64,000 nucleotides of DNA from positions 620,001 through 684,000 of the forward strand of contig CP145413.1 of assembly GCA_036867785.1 (NCBI GenBank), written 5' to 3'. The stretch is from Plasmodiophora brassicae. Its lineage: Eukaryota. Positions 1-10,958 of this stretch are shown here, in pieces (position 1 is the stretch's first letter; each line of letters begins with the position of its first letter). Made by a program: the position numbers and the translations under genes. A model generated the notes under the pieces. That model saw only the letters and a list, made by a program, of their open reading frames with translations. It did no database searches and had not been told where the DNA came from.

Positions 1-157
1 CACAGGGCGCACGTGGCCTGCCCTCCCCGTTCCTGAGCGCCGCACCGGTGATGGCCCTGCCCTGGTGGTTGCCGTCGTGGCCCTGTGGACGTGATCGACC
101 GCGACGGGACATGCGGCGAACTGCAGCGCAAGTCCGTCGCTGTGGTGGCAGTCCGCG

Positions 158-1936
158 ATGGCTGCCGATGGCGATCGCGCTGGGCGACCGGGCCTGTCGC
201 CCGCGCCGCCGTCCCGGAATCGGCGCCGGCGCTCCCGGTCGCCGCCGCGGAAACCCCGCCGTCGCCCGTCGACGTCGCCGACGCGTCGTCGACACGCGCG
301 CCGATCCGCATCGCCCCGTCGACGCGCGTCCCCGCCCAGGAACGGGTATCGTCCTCGGTCCCGATCGCGCGAGCGACACCGCCGCCGTCCGTCCGACGAT
401 GCGCATCGCGCCAGAGACGTACGCGATACGAGGCCCGCCCCCGCCGTCACCCAGGCGCCCCCGCCGGCCGCCATGCAGGTCGACGCGACGCCTGTCGACG
501 TAGTACCGTTGGCAGCGACAACGAACGTGGAAGAGGACGACCCGGCGTACGCGGAACGCGTCGAGGCGGAGATGCAGGCGATCCTTGCGGAACAGGAGAA
601 GACGGTGGACGCCGAGGACGAGCGTCGGAAGCGGCAGGAGCGACGGCGTGCCATGATGCAGGCCGTGCAGGGCGATGCCGCGCCGCCGCCCGCTGTCGAA
701 CCGGCCGCGCCTATCCCGCCGCCTGCCATCGAGCAGCAGCCGAATGCGCCCGACGACGACGCCGTCCAGGAACGCCCGCCAGGCACCGCCAGCGTCGACA
801 TCTTCGGGGACAGCCCGATCGCCGACGGCAAGGCGCTGTCGACCGGCGCCGACGTCGTCGGGGCACCCGCCGCCGACAACCTGCACCTGACCGACAACTG
901 GGACGACGCCGAAGGGTACTACAGTTTCCGGCTGGGCGATCGCCTGCAGGACGGGCGGTACGAGGTGTTCGCCAACCAGGGCCGGGGCGTGTTCAGCACC
1001 GTGCTGCGCGTCCGCGATCGCCTGGCCGGCAACCGCGAGCTGGTCGTCAAGGTCATCCGCCTGAACGACGTCATGTTCAAGGCCGGGCAGAAGGAGATCA
1101 ACATGCTGAAGATCCTGGGGGCGAACGACCCCGAGAACCGGCGCCACTGCGTGCGCCTGCTGAACCACTTCGAGCACCGCGGCCACCTGTGCCTCGTGTT
1201 CGAGCCGCTCAGCATGAACCTGCGCGAGGTGCTCAAGAAGTACGGCGGCGTCGGCATCAACATCGATGGCGTTCGTAGCTACGCCCGGCAGCTGTTCACG
1301 GCGCTGCGCCTGCTGTCCAAGTGCAAGATCATCCACGCCGACATCAAGCCGGACAACATCCTCGTGAACGACGCGAAGAACATCGTGAAGCTGTGCGACT
1401 TCGGGTCGGCCGGCACCTTCACCGAGTGCGACATCACGCCGTACCTGGTCAGCCGGTTCTACCGGGCGCCCGAGATCATGCTCGGCCTGCCGTACGGCGC
1501 GCCCATCGACGTCTGGTCCATCGGGTGCGTCCTGTTCGAGCTGTTCACGGGCCAGATCCTGTTCAAGGGCGCCGACAACAACGAGATGCTGCTGAGGATC
1601 ATGGAGCTCAGGGGCAGCTTTCCCGTTAAACTCCTGCGAAAGGCGGCGTTCGCCGAGCACCACTTCGACGCCGACTTCGTGTTCGAGCGCCGCCGGGTCG
1701 ACAAGGTGACCAAGGCGGCGTTCAAGGTCAAGATGCGGATCGAGCGGCCGACCCGCGACCTGCACACGCTGCTGCGGCAGTCGGCCGGCCGCATGACGGA
1801 CGCCGACATGAAGGCGCTGAGCCAGCTCAAGGACCTCGTCGACAAGTGCCTGATCGTGGACCCGACCAAACGGATCACGCCCGAGGCCGCCAGGTCACAT
1901 CCGTTCCTGCAACAGGCGCCGCAGCCACAGACGTAA
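158..1936 (+). CDS. PRP4: PRP4/PRPF4B-family serine/threonine kinase (5' end uncertain)
   Basis: The DNWDDAEGYY signature is followed by GRGVFSTV, IIHADIKPDN, LCDFGSA and TPYLVSRFYRAPE. The N-terminus is RS-rich. Confidence 0.95.
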   Translation: MAADGDRAGRPGLSPAPPSRNRRRRSRSPPRKPRRRPSTSPTRRRHARRSASPRRRASPPRNGYRPRSRSRERHRRRPSDDAHRARDVRDTRPAPAVTQAPPPAAMQVDATPVDVVPLAATTNVEEDDPAYAERVEAEMQAILAEQEKTVDAEDERRKRQERRRAMMQAVQGDAAPPPAVEPAAPIPPPAIEQQPNAPDDDAVQERPPGTASVDIFGDSPIADGKALSTGADVVGAPAADNLHLTDNWDDAEGYYSFRLGDRLQDGRYEVFANQGRGVFSTVLRVRDRLAGNRELVVKVIRLNDVMFKAGQKEINMLKILGANDPENRRHCVRLLNHFEHRGHLCLVFEPLSMNLREVLKKYGGVGINIDGVRSYARQLFTALRLLSKCKIIHADIKPDNILVNDAKNIVKLCDFGSAGTFTECDITPYLVSRFYRAPEIMLGLPYGAPIDVWSIGCVLFELFTGQILFKGADNNEMLLRIMELRGSFPVKLLRKAAFAEHHFDADFVFERRRVDKVTKAAFKVKMRIERPTRDLHTLLRQSAGRMTDADMKALSQLKDLVDKCLIVDPTKRITPEAARSHPFLQQAPQPQT

Positions 1937-1986
1937 AACCGCCCTGATCAGACCTGAACGCGGTCGCCGAACCACAGCAGTGTTAA

Positions 1987-4732
1987 CTAGTCATTATTCT
2001 GTGGGCGTATCCAGGCGCAGGGTTCCCCCGGCGTCTGGATGCGAACGCTCACCGATATGTGGCGCTTGTCGTCGACGACGGCCTCGGCTGCCACCACCTG
2101 CGTCGTCGTGCGCGAGGGCGCCGGTGGCGCTGGCGCGACGACGAAACGCTGGAGGCCCTTGGCCAGCAGGAGGTCCACGGGCACGCTGGAGTTGCTGGGC
2201 TTCAGCCAGTGGAGCACGTCCGTTTGTCGACGACGTCGGGGCTTTCGTGGATGGGCGGGGAACGATTTGTACGTCAGCGGCGACGTGTCGTCGTCGTACT
2301 CCTCGGGGAGCGGGTACACCTTCGGCACCTGCATCATGGGCACGATCTTACTGGCGCTCGTCGGCGCTGGAATCGCCGGCAGGTGCGCCCTGATGTCCTT
2401 CTTCTTGATCGGCCAGGAGAACGGGTCGCCCTCCGCCCTGGGATCGCGCTCCCGGGTCTGCTTGCCGCCTGATCTTGCGATTTGCGGCGCCGATGCCGAT
2501 GTCTGAAGCGTCGGCAGCCCGGGGGCGACCTTCAGCCACGAGTCGTCTGCGGGGTGGTCGGTGCCGGCCTCGGCCTCGTCAGAAGGTTTCCTGCCCCGTA
2601 TGGACGCGAACACGGTCTGGACGGTTCCTGCATGGAACCGCCACGACAGGCAGGACCGGCCCGTGTTCGGCAGGGTGCCAAGCACGACGCCCTTCGCTGC
2701 ATCGTACAGTTCGACAACCTTCCGTGTGATCGCCACGAGGACGGTCTGCGCGCCCGGGTTCCTAACGCACGACAACCCCTCGACGGGCGTCGTCCGCAGG
2801 CGCCATTCGCCCACCTTGCGCACGACCAGAATCGCGCCGTCGACCACGTCCACCTGCCTGCAATGGACGACGCCTTCCGACGCAATGTACAACGTCGACT
2901 GCCTGGGGCAGTACGCCATCAGGACACCCACGATCGTGTTAGGCGCCGGGTTCACCGTGAACCGAACATCAGCCGCGTTTGGTGCATGAATAGGCCAGAT
3001 GCGGACGGTGCCCATGGCGTCGGCCGTCGCCAGAACATCCAGGTCGTCAAGCGACACCATCGACACAATTCGCGCGTCATGCGCCCCGACTTCGTTGTCG
3101 TCAACGGTGACCACGTTCGACGTTGCCGCCCAGGCCAGCCAGTTGGCGCCGACGGTGGCCAGTGACGCCGACGCAGGGAACCGTTTGACCCGCGCTGGGC
3201 CGGCATCGTCGTGTGTGATGACGGTAATGTACCGTCCGCATGAGACCGACAGGAGACGATCGTCCCGGCAACGGAGCGATGCGACCGGGTCGTCGTGACG
3301 TTCGCCGAGGGTGCCGACCAGCAGACACGACCGATAGTCGACGACATGGATTCGACCATCGGCGTCGCCGACAAACATGGTGTGCAGGGACCGCATGCAG
3401 GAGGCGGTGATGTCGGACGAGCACACGTTGGGCATCTTCTGCATGCAGCGGCCGTCGATGGCGCTCCAGACGAGCAGAGCGCGTCCACAGGTAGTCACGA
3501 TCCGGAACGTGTCACGGCAGTGAACGAACGTCGATGGGACCAGCGCCGCCCGGTCGTGGCAGGATCGTCGTACGCACCTGTCCTTGGTTGTGCAGGACAG
3601 GATGCTCGAGGATGTCAACGATGCCGAAGCCGATCTCGGGTACACCGATGCCATTGGTGAACGCCCTGCGACCACTAGGTAGTCCTGGCAAACGGCGACG
3701 GACGGGTTCGGGAGCGACGTGGCCAGCGTCTGCAGCGGGTGGTACGTCCTTCTTACGTCCCAGACGGTGACGTACCTAGACGACGCGTCAGGCCAGGGCT
3801 AGCCATCGGCTTGGACGACGGTACCCTTTCGAGTCGGTCGTGAGGAAGTTCGATGTGCCGGGCAGGAACCGACAGTTGATAATCGGATGGGAATGGGCGT
3901 CGTGAATAGTAACGGCAGGGACCGATGACGTATTGGACGGCCAGAGGAACGCTGCCCGTTTGACGCATCCGCTGAGGATCAGGCCGAGGTCGCTGGAGAA
4001 CGCCACCGTCGTGACGGGTGCATTGTGGGCGTCCAGGCTCCTGATCACTGACCGACTGCCCAGATGGTCCCAGATCCTGATGGTGCCATCCTCCGAACTC
4101 TGTGCAGACAGTCAGCAATCGGGGGCGTTCCGAACGTGGCAAAGCGGGCCACGAACGCTGGCGATCCCGGTACCAAGCAGGGCTAACGACGTGATAGGGC
4201 CCGTGTGGCCGTAGAACGTCGTGGCGATGGGTTCGGCGCCACTCAGATCGTGCACCGATAGGACACCGGTCTTCGACCCGGTGAACACGAACTTGTCGTC
4301 GGCTTCCAGGCAGACGGGCGTGGTCGGGCAGCGAATATGGCGCGGTTTCAACGCCGACGACGCGCGGCGCTGGTCGAGAAGGTCGCGCCAGATGTAGATC
4401 CCCGTCGCGGTGCATCCCACCAGTGCTGCGCCCGTCCTGGACGAGCCTCGACAGTACGCCAGGTCCAGTAATTGCCGCTGCTGGATCTCGATCTGGTCGC
4501 GACAGACCAACGTGCTCGACTCCAGTACCTTCAGCAGCGACCGCTGCTGGTCGTATATGACCAGGCGCCCTAACGCGGGCACGGACAGCAGCCGCTTGAC
4601 GGAGTCGGCGTCCACCGGCGACCCGATCGGCAGCTTCACGGGTGGGGCACGATACACCGCCCCGCCATCGTCACCGTCCCCGCCGGCGACACCCATCAGC
4701 GCCGACCAGGCCGCAGATTCATCGCCGGGCAT
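1987..4732 (-). CDS. WD40-repeat protein, multi-exon
   Basis: WD-like motifs (FYGHTGPITSLA, LDAHNAPVTTVAFS, AHSHPIINCRF, ATADAMGTVRIW) are spread over ORFs 4112-4990, 3788-4048 and 1987-3675, separated by short gaps. ATG at 4732. Confidence 0.75.
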
Positions 4733-4870
4733 CGGGAATATCTCGCACACGACCAACAACGAATCGCGGCGCCGGGAAGCGGACAAGGTCGACCCCCGAG
4801 TGTATTGATCGTCACGGTGCCGGAACCCGGATCCGGCCTCCGTTGCGACGTGCCGCGTGTCGCTCTGTGC

Positions 4871-4954
4871 AAGTGTAGCTCCACGTCGGCCATTTGGGAA
4901 GTGTAGCTCCACGTCGGTCATTTGGGAAGTGTAGCTCCACGTCGGCCATTTGGG
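4871..4954. repeat. 3 x 28-bp tandem repeat (AAGTGTAGCTCCACGTCGGCCATTTGGG) in a divergent intergenic region
   Basis: Three contiguous copies with one substitution. Confidence 0.95.
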
Positions 4955-4998
4955 ATTTTGGGTGCGGCGGCGCAGGTGCCGCCGGAGCATGCGCCGCG

Positions 4999-6430
4999 AT
5001 GGCGGCGGTGGCGCTCGGCGGGATTCCGGAGATCGGCCAGGTTGATGATCGCCTGTGCCTGGCCGTCTGGCATAGCCTGAGGATGCGCGACCCGCACCGC
5101 CTCGCCGGCGTCGTCGACGCGCTCGCCCGCCCCGTTCCCGTCGCCGTCGACTCGCGTCTCGTCGTGTACGGGTTGCGTTTGTCGTGTCGCGGTTGACATG
5201 ATGGGGCTGAATGGTTCAATTGGCAGCATGCCGACACTATGCGCAATGCCTGCCCAGACCCAGGTACGATGGCTCGCCCTGCTGCACTCTCCGGGTGTCC
5301 CATCATGCCATGTAACCTGTCCGCTTCTATCGCATTGCCGCTCGGTCGACTGATGTGCTCTCTCTCTCTCTCTCAGTATCGCCGTTTGGTTACTGCCTGC
5401 GCCGATCATGTTTCCGACCCATGCAGTCGCCTGCTGTTGGACAGCCTCGCTCGACGTCACGGCTCATCGTATCGGTCCCCCGATGTCAAGCAGGCGGCGG
5501 ACTGGCCCAATCTCTGGCAGGACGACAGCAACGACGTCGACATGGAAGACGACGTGTCGGGCATGGCGTCGCCGCCTGCGTCTCAGGCGGACGTTGCTGT
5601 CGCTAGCCAGCCCAGTGTGCCCCTGATCACCGACGAGCAACGCAGTCTCATCGATAACATCCAGAGTGCCATCGACGAAGGCCACTGTCGATGCGAGGAA
5701 TCCATGGAATGGCTTCGGAATGCGACGCCCGATGTTGTTCGTCACGTTCTTGCCAAAATGGACATGTTATCGCGACCGGACGCCATTCTCGACACGTTTG
5801 CTCGAGCGCTCGTCAACGCGGATACAAACTTCGAAACGTGTGCGGCAGTGATCGACTGTTGCTTGTTACCGCGCGTCCTGGCACTGACATCGGGGCCGGC
5901 GTCGCGCATGCTGTTCGAAATGGTCGCCGGTTTGGCCAAGCAGCACACTCGCGCCTTCGTATCCCACCTGCTGTGCCCGCTTCTTGGACAGTTGTCATCA
6001 CCGTCGCAATCGGAATTACTCGGCCGGATCACCCGCGACTGTCTCGCCGACCAGGACCGGGCCTTGTTGCTGCAGCATGCCCTGACTCTGCAGTCGTGGA
6101 CAGAGGAGACAATCAAGGTTGTGTACATCCTCGTGCAGAGCGGCGTGAGCATGACGGCCATAATTGCAAGTAACCTTGTCGCCTGTATCGCGACGATCGC
6201 CGCCGACCAACAGCTGTGCAAAGCTGTGAAGTTCCCTGGTAGGTGCACCGTGCGTAACACGTCGCTGTTTCGGGGCGCTGACTCTCGAGTGTCCAGCATT
6301 GATCGTGGCGCTTGCCAATAAGCACGGCGCCCTTATGCGGGAACATCGTGTCGTTCTCCTCGATGCATGCGAACGCCTGCAGAACTTCATGAAGAAGGTC
6401 GCCATCAAGAGCGTTCAGAATATATCCTAG
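4999..6430 (+). CDS. FANCE: Fanconi anemia group E-like protein, multi-exon
   Basis: Helical-repeat body (LLPRVLALTSGPASRML). The spliced C-terminus KAVKF..ALANKHG..LLDACERLQNFMKKVAIKSV resembles the FANCE C-terminal domain. Confidence 0.65.
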
Positions 6431-6501
6431 GGGGTGCTAACAAATCCATGTGTGCGTACGACGTCGAATCTAGGGCAGCGGGGCGCGTGTATTTACAAGG
6501 A

Positions 6502-8466
6502 TCAGGACGATGGGGACGAAGACTGTGCACCAGCCTTCTCTCTTAGCTCGTTCAAATCATCGCACAGCTTCACGTATTGGTCCACAATCGTCTGGTGCTC
6601 GGACGTGACTGCGGCAAGTTCCGCCGCCACATCGCCCGCATCGTCACCGTCCGCACCCGACACCAACTGCGTCCGAATCGCACCAACAAGCCGCTGCATG
6701 ATCGTCGCCTGCTCCTCCAGCCGGCGCACGCCGATCTCAATATCGGACACCATCTCAAGTAACTCCATACGCTTCACCTGCCGGCGCAGCATGGCAACCT
6801 CTGCCTCCACCTCCCGGTACCGATCCGTCTTCTCCTGCAGGCTCTCCCTGGCGACCTGAAACTGCTTCCTCAGGTCAACCACCTCTTTGACCTCATCGCG
6901 GATGCGCTTCAGCCGGTCGAACATGTCGCGACCTTCGTGCTCGAACAGGGCGATCTGGTCGGCGAGCGCGTCGGCTTCCCTCTCCAGGTCGCGGATCGGC
7001 GCCTCCTCGTCGGTGACCTGATCGCGAAGCTCGGCGACTCGGGCACGGAACTGAGCGCCACTGGCGTTGACGCTGGCCAGCCGGGACTCGAACGACGCGA
7101 GGTGCCGCGTGACCGATGCCTCTCTGGAGGCGGCCTCGCCGCCCACCTCACTGTTCTCGGGGACGCTCTGCCCTCCGTCGTCGTCCGCCTCGTCGTCTTG
7201 GAATTGCAGGGTGCGTCGCAGAGCAGCGGTGCGAGGCGCCTGCTGGTCGGAAGGCGCCCGTGTCGGTGGCGTTTGGAACTCGACGTCGGACGCCGCTGTG
7301 CCCATCGGCGGTGATTTCACACTTGGCGTTGCCGTCTCCGCCTCATCCGTATCAACCTTCAACGACACCGTCGACGCGGCCGATGACGACAACGACGACG
7401 ACGACGTCAGCGAACGACGCGAAACGCACTCCCTTGTCATCCGTGCCTCGTATTGTGCTTCAACACCGGCATCGTCAATCGACAGCAATCCGGAAGACGA
7501 CCTCGACGTCGACGACGAACGATACGAAACACTTTCCAGTGCCATTCGTGTCTCGTACTGCGTTTCGACACTGGCGTCGTCCGTGCGCTTGTCCTGCTCC
7601 AGAAGAACGCTTTCCGACGACATGACCCGTTCTTCACCCTGTGCCGCATCAGCGTTGTCATTGGCGGCACTGACGAGCGGTGCGTGCGGGGGGCTGTCCG
7701 CCAAGCGACGCCCAGTGGCTTCCTCGTCAGGTTGCCCGGCGGGCGCACCCGCCCCTGCAGCATTGTCCTCGTGTGCCGCATCAGCGTTGTCATTGGCGGC
7801 ATTGACGAGCGGCGCGTGCGGGGGACTGTTCGCCGAGCGACGCTCAGCGGCTTCCTCGTCAGGTGGCCCTGCGGGCACACCCGCCCCTGCAGCACTGTCC
7901 TCGTCCAACGGCACAAACCAGGCCAGGCCACGAGGCGCCTCTTGCTGCCGTTCCTGTCGTTGCACGGGGCGCCGGCGCGGTGCCGCTGGCGCGTCCGGTT
8001 GGAGGGCCGCCCGGACGATGTTCCTGCAGAGGCCCAGCGCGTTCCAGTAGGTATCGGTGCGGAACACGGGCTGCAGCAGGTCGTAGAGTGCGGCGAGCGC
8101 GTCGAGGTACGACCCGAGGTAGTAGTCGCGGACAGGATCGCGCAGGGCGCGCGGCAGCACGGCCGTCACGGGGCTGCACGCGTGCTCGACGCGCTGCGCC
8201 ACGAACTGCTCCACGCGCTGCCACTGCGTCAGGTTCCGAAACCCGAAATGCTTCTCGATCTGCAGGAACAGGAAGTCGACCGGGTCGGCGACGTCCATCG
8301 CCGACGCGACCCGGGCGGCCAGCAGGCGCAGGTGCGACACCTGCCGGTCGATCGTCGGCATCGCCTGCGCGATCTGCCTCCGCAGCGCGTCCCGCTCGTC
8401 ACCCGTCAGCCGCCCCGCCTTCGACACGATGTGGTCCTCGATCAGCGACGCTATCGTCGCCATCAT
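6502..8466 (-). CDS. Hypothetical protein with C-terminal coiled coil and a 44-aa internal duplication
   Basis: Long uninterrupted ORF with a heptad-rich C-terminus. A 132-bp unit is duplicated at ~7640-7903. Confidence 0.75.
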   Translation of the reverse strand: MMATIASLIEDHIVSKAGRLTGDERDALRRQIAQAMPTIDRQVSHLRLLAARVASAMDVADPVDFLFLQIEKHFGFRNLTQWQRVEQFVAQRVEHACSPVTAVLPRALRDPVRDYYLGSYLDALAALYDLLQPVFRTDTYWNALGLCRNIVRAALQPDAPAAPRRRPVQRQERQQEAPRGLAWFVPLDEDSAAGAGVPAGPPDEEAAERRSANSPPHAPLVNAANDNADAAHEDNAAGAGAPAGQPDEEATGRRLADSPPHAPLVSAANDNADAAQGEERVMSSESVLLEQDKRTDDASVETQYETRMALESVSYRSSSTSRSSSGLLSIDDAGVEAQYEARMTRECVSRRSLTSSSSLSSSAASTVSLKVDTDEAETATPSVKSPPMGTAASDVEFQTPPTRAPSDQQAPRTAALRRTLQFQDDEADDDGGQSVPENSEVGGEAASREASVTRHLASFESRLASVNASGAQFRARVAELRDQVTDEEAPIRDLEREADALADQIALFEHEGRDMFDRLKRIRDEVKEVVDLRKQFQVARESLQEKTDRYREVEAEVAMLRRQVKRMELLEMVSDIEIGVRRLEEQATIMQRLVGAIRTQLVSGADGDDAGDVAAELAAVTSEHQTIVDQYVKLCDDLNELREKAGAQSSSPSS

Positions 8467-8788
8467 CGCCACCAACCACTATAAACGGCGCCCGGCACGC
8501 TCTCCGCCGTTCCGCCTGCCGAACGTCGTGACTCACGCGTAACCGTGTACCGACACTGCGTCGCCGATATACACATGTCTCGAATCGTCGCCACATCGGC
8601 TGGTCGATGGGTTCGTCCCTCGTCGATATGGGCGCGAAAATCGTAATGGCCGAATGGGCTCGTCCCTACGTTAAGGAACCCTCCATGGGCGCAACCCCTC
8701 TGCAGGATACAGGACGGATCTCGCCACTGGTGTGGTGGGGATACGTCTCCATACGCGAGTACCCAGCAACGATCGTTTAGTCTCGTCG

Positions 8789-10188
8789 ATGGCGGGCGCG
8801 TCTGCCTCGCTGCGACGGTGCATGCGCACCCTGTACGCGCACCGCGGTGTCGTGATCGCGTTCCTGGTCACGTACACGCTGGCGACTTCGGTGGTCCTGC
8901 TTCTGCAGGCGCGCGTGCTCGTCGTTGCGCCGACGACGGCACCGCCGTCGGTGGTGTCGAAGTTCCTGTGCGTCGGCGAGACGTTCCAGGAGGACGCCTG
9001 GAAGTACAGGAGCTGTCACCTGCAGAGCGTGTGCTATGATGGGAACGCGGCCGGCGTGTTCACATTCCATGTGGATCCGGGCAGGCCTGGGCGGTCGGCG
9101 CCGGCGCCGGGACAGTTGGCGGTGTCGGCGAGCCCGCTCGGCTGTACGCACCCGGCAGTCCGGTGGGAGCCCGTGGTCGTGCATGCACCTGTCGAGGACG
9201 ACGTCGACTGGGCGGAGGACATCCCGCACGTGCTGGCCGTGGAGTACAACGGGAGCAATTTCGGGCACGTCCTCGGCGACAGCGTTCTGCCATGGTGGCG
9301 CTTGCTCGACATGTTCGGGTTCGGGCACGACGAGTTCCAGCCGGTGCACATGGAGGTCGACCCGTTGTTCAAGTACTCGTGCGCGTGGCAGGTCAGGGAG
9401 AAGTGGATCCGCGACGCGTCCATCTGCGACGAACTGTACCGGAAGGTCGCCGTGCCGTTCGCGAAGCGCGGCCTGCTCTCCCTGCAGCAGCACTACAATC
9501 GCACCGGGCGCCGTCGCCGCGTCTGCTTCAGGAACCTGTTCGCTGGCATCGGCATGCTGTCCGACCACGGCCACGACCATACCGTCCATGGGCGCTACGC
9601 CGAACACGCTGACCTGCACATGGTCGGTGGCGGGCCCAGTACGTACATATCAACTCTGCGCCTTGCGTCTGCGATCCCCTGATCATGGGCGCCCGATTAG
9701 TGGTATGGGGGTTCCGGGACGAGTACATGAGACGACTCGGGTTGGACAGCAATGCGCAGCCGCTGCCGGGCGCCAACGACGTCGTGTTCGTTGCACGGAC
9801 CAGCCAGCATCGTGCCTGGTACGACGCGGAACGCGCCCAGGCGTATCTCGAGAACGAGTTCCGGGACCGAGGCGTTCAGGTGCGCCGGCCGCTGGAGTTC
9901 AACACGCTGCCGATGAAGTTGCAGGTCGAGCTGGTGTCGACCGCCAGGGTCCTGGTGACGTTCCCGGGCGGGTCGTCGTACATTGCGATGTTCCTCCCGC
10001 GTGGGTCCACGTTGATCTTTGTGTTCTCGCACGAATCCGATGGACGACAGGACTACCCGTTATGGGGAAACCTGGCCCACGTCAACGTCGTCTGGATCGA
10101 AGGCAACTATTCGTCGTCGTCGAGGGAGGTTGTGTTCGACCACGCCCAGCTTAGTCGCGCTGTCGAAACCGCTCTACTCTACCAGTAG
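8789..10188 (+). CDS. Type II membrane glycosyltransferase, GT61/DUF563-like (one intron near 9640-9700)
   Basis: N-terminal TM anchor, NFGHVLGD..LP motif, VCFRNLFAG, and QVELVSTARVLVTFPGGSSYIAMFLPRGS typical of the GT61 C-terminus. Confidence 0.7.
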
Positions 10189-10237
10189 AACATACCTAAT
10201 GATAAAGTTAGACAGACGAGGCCGGCCTCCTCCTGTG

Positions 10238-10898
10238 ATGGGTGGCCGTCCTGACAAGGATAGCATGTGCACGTCGTACAACGACTTGGTGGCTCTTCGT
10301 CAGCTGCTGGGCGACGACGATGATGTTGAAGGGGAGAGGATCGTTGAGAAGGACGGCCCCGCCGAGTTCAGGGCCGATGTGAAGACGGCGAACGACCTGA
10401 GGCGCGAATCGCAGCAGATCTGGGACGGTGATGAGGTGTCGGCGGACCCGCTCGCTTCAGAGGACTACAACGACGATCGTGAGGAGCCGAGGTACTCTGT
10501 TAACTTCATGCAGACGTTATCGGCGGAAGACACATACATGGGTCTATCCGATAAGAACCCGTCCTCACACAGGTATGCCCGGACTCACCTGGCAACGACA
10601 GCGGATAACCGAGTGGGCTCGTGTTCAGTTGCGACGCCTTGACGGTCACAATAGAGATGCCCGACGAGCACCTGGCAACGGTAGACCTGGACGTCGGCTT
10701 CAATCGCATCCTGCTGCGGTCGAGGAAATAGTATGCGTGCCGGGGCTGGTGACGCCCTGCCATCGACCTGACACGTTGGCAAACAGTAAGCTCTTCCTGC
10801 ATCTGCCATGCAAGGTGGACGATCAGAACGGAAAAGCGACATGGACAAACTCGACCCTGAAGGTCGTGCTACCCATCATTCGCGAACTCGTCGTCTAA
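10238..10898 (+). CDS. DNAAF6: Dynein axonemal assembly factor 6 (PIH1D3/Twister), multi-exon
   Basis: EEPRYSVNFMQTLSAEDTYMGLSDKNPSS followed by a CS-like domain ending KLFLHLPCKVD..GKATW..STLKVVLP. Confidence 0.8.
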
Positions 10899-10958
10899 TC
10901 GTCGTACACGCATCGAGCCACAGGCGAAGACGTGAATATACGCCATGTAGTATTCCGT

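Noticed and set aside
7067-8484. Long plus-strand ORFs here and similar antisense or alternate-frame ORFs elsewhere (e.g. 85-1278, 52170-53414)
   Set aside because: They are GC-rich shadow frames overlapping better-supported genes and have no recognisable motifs.
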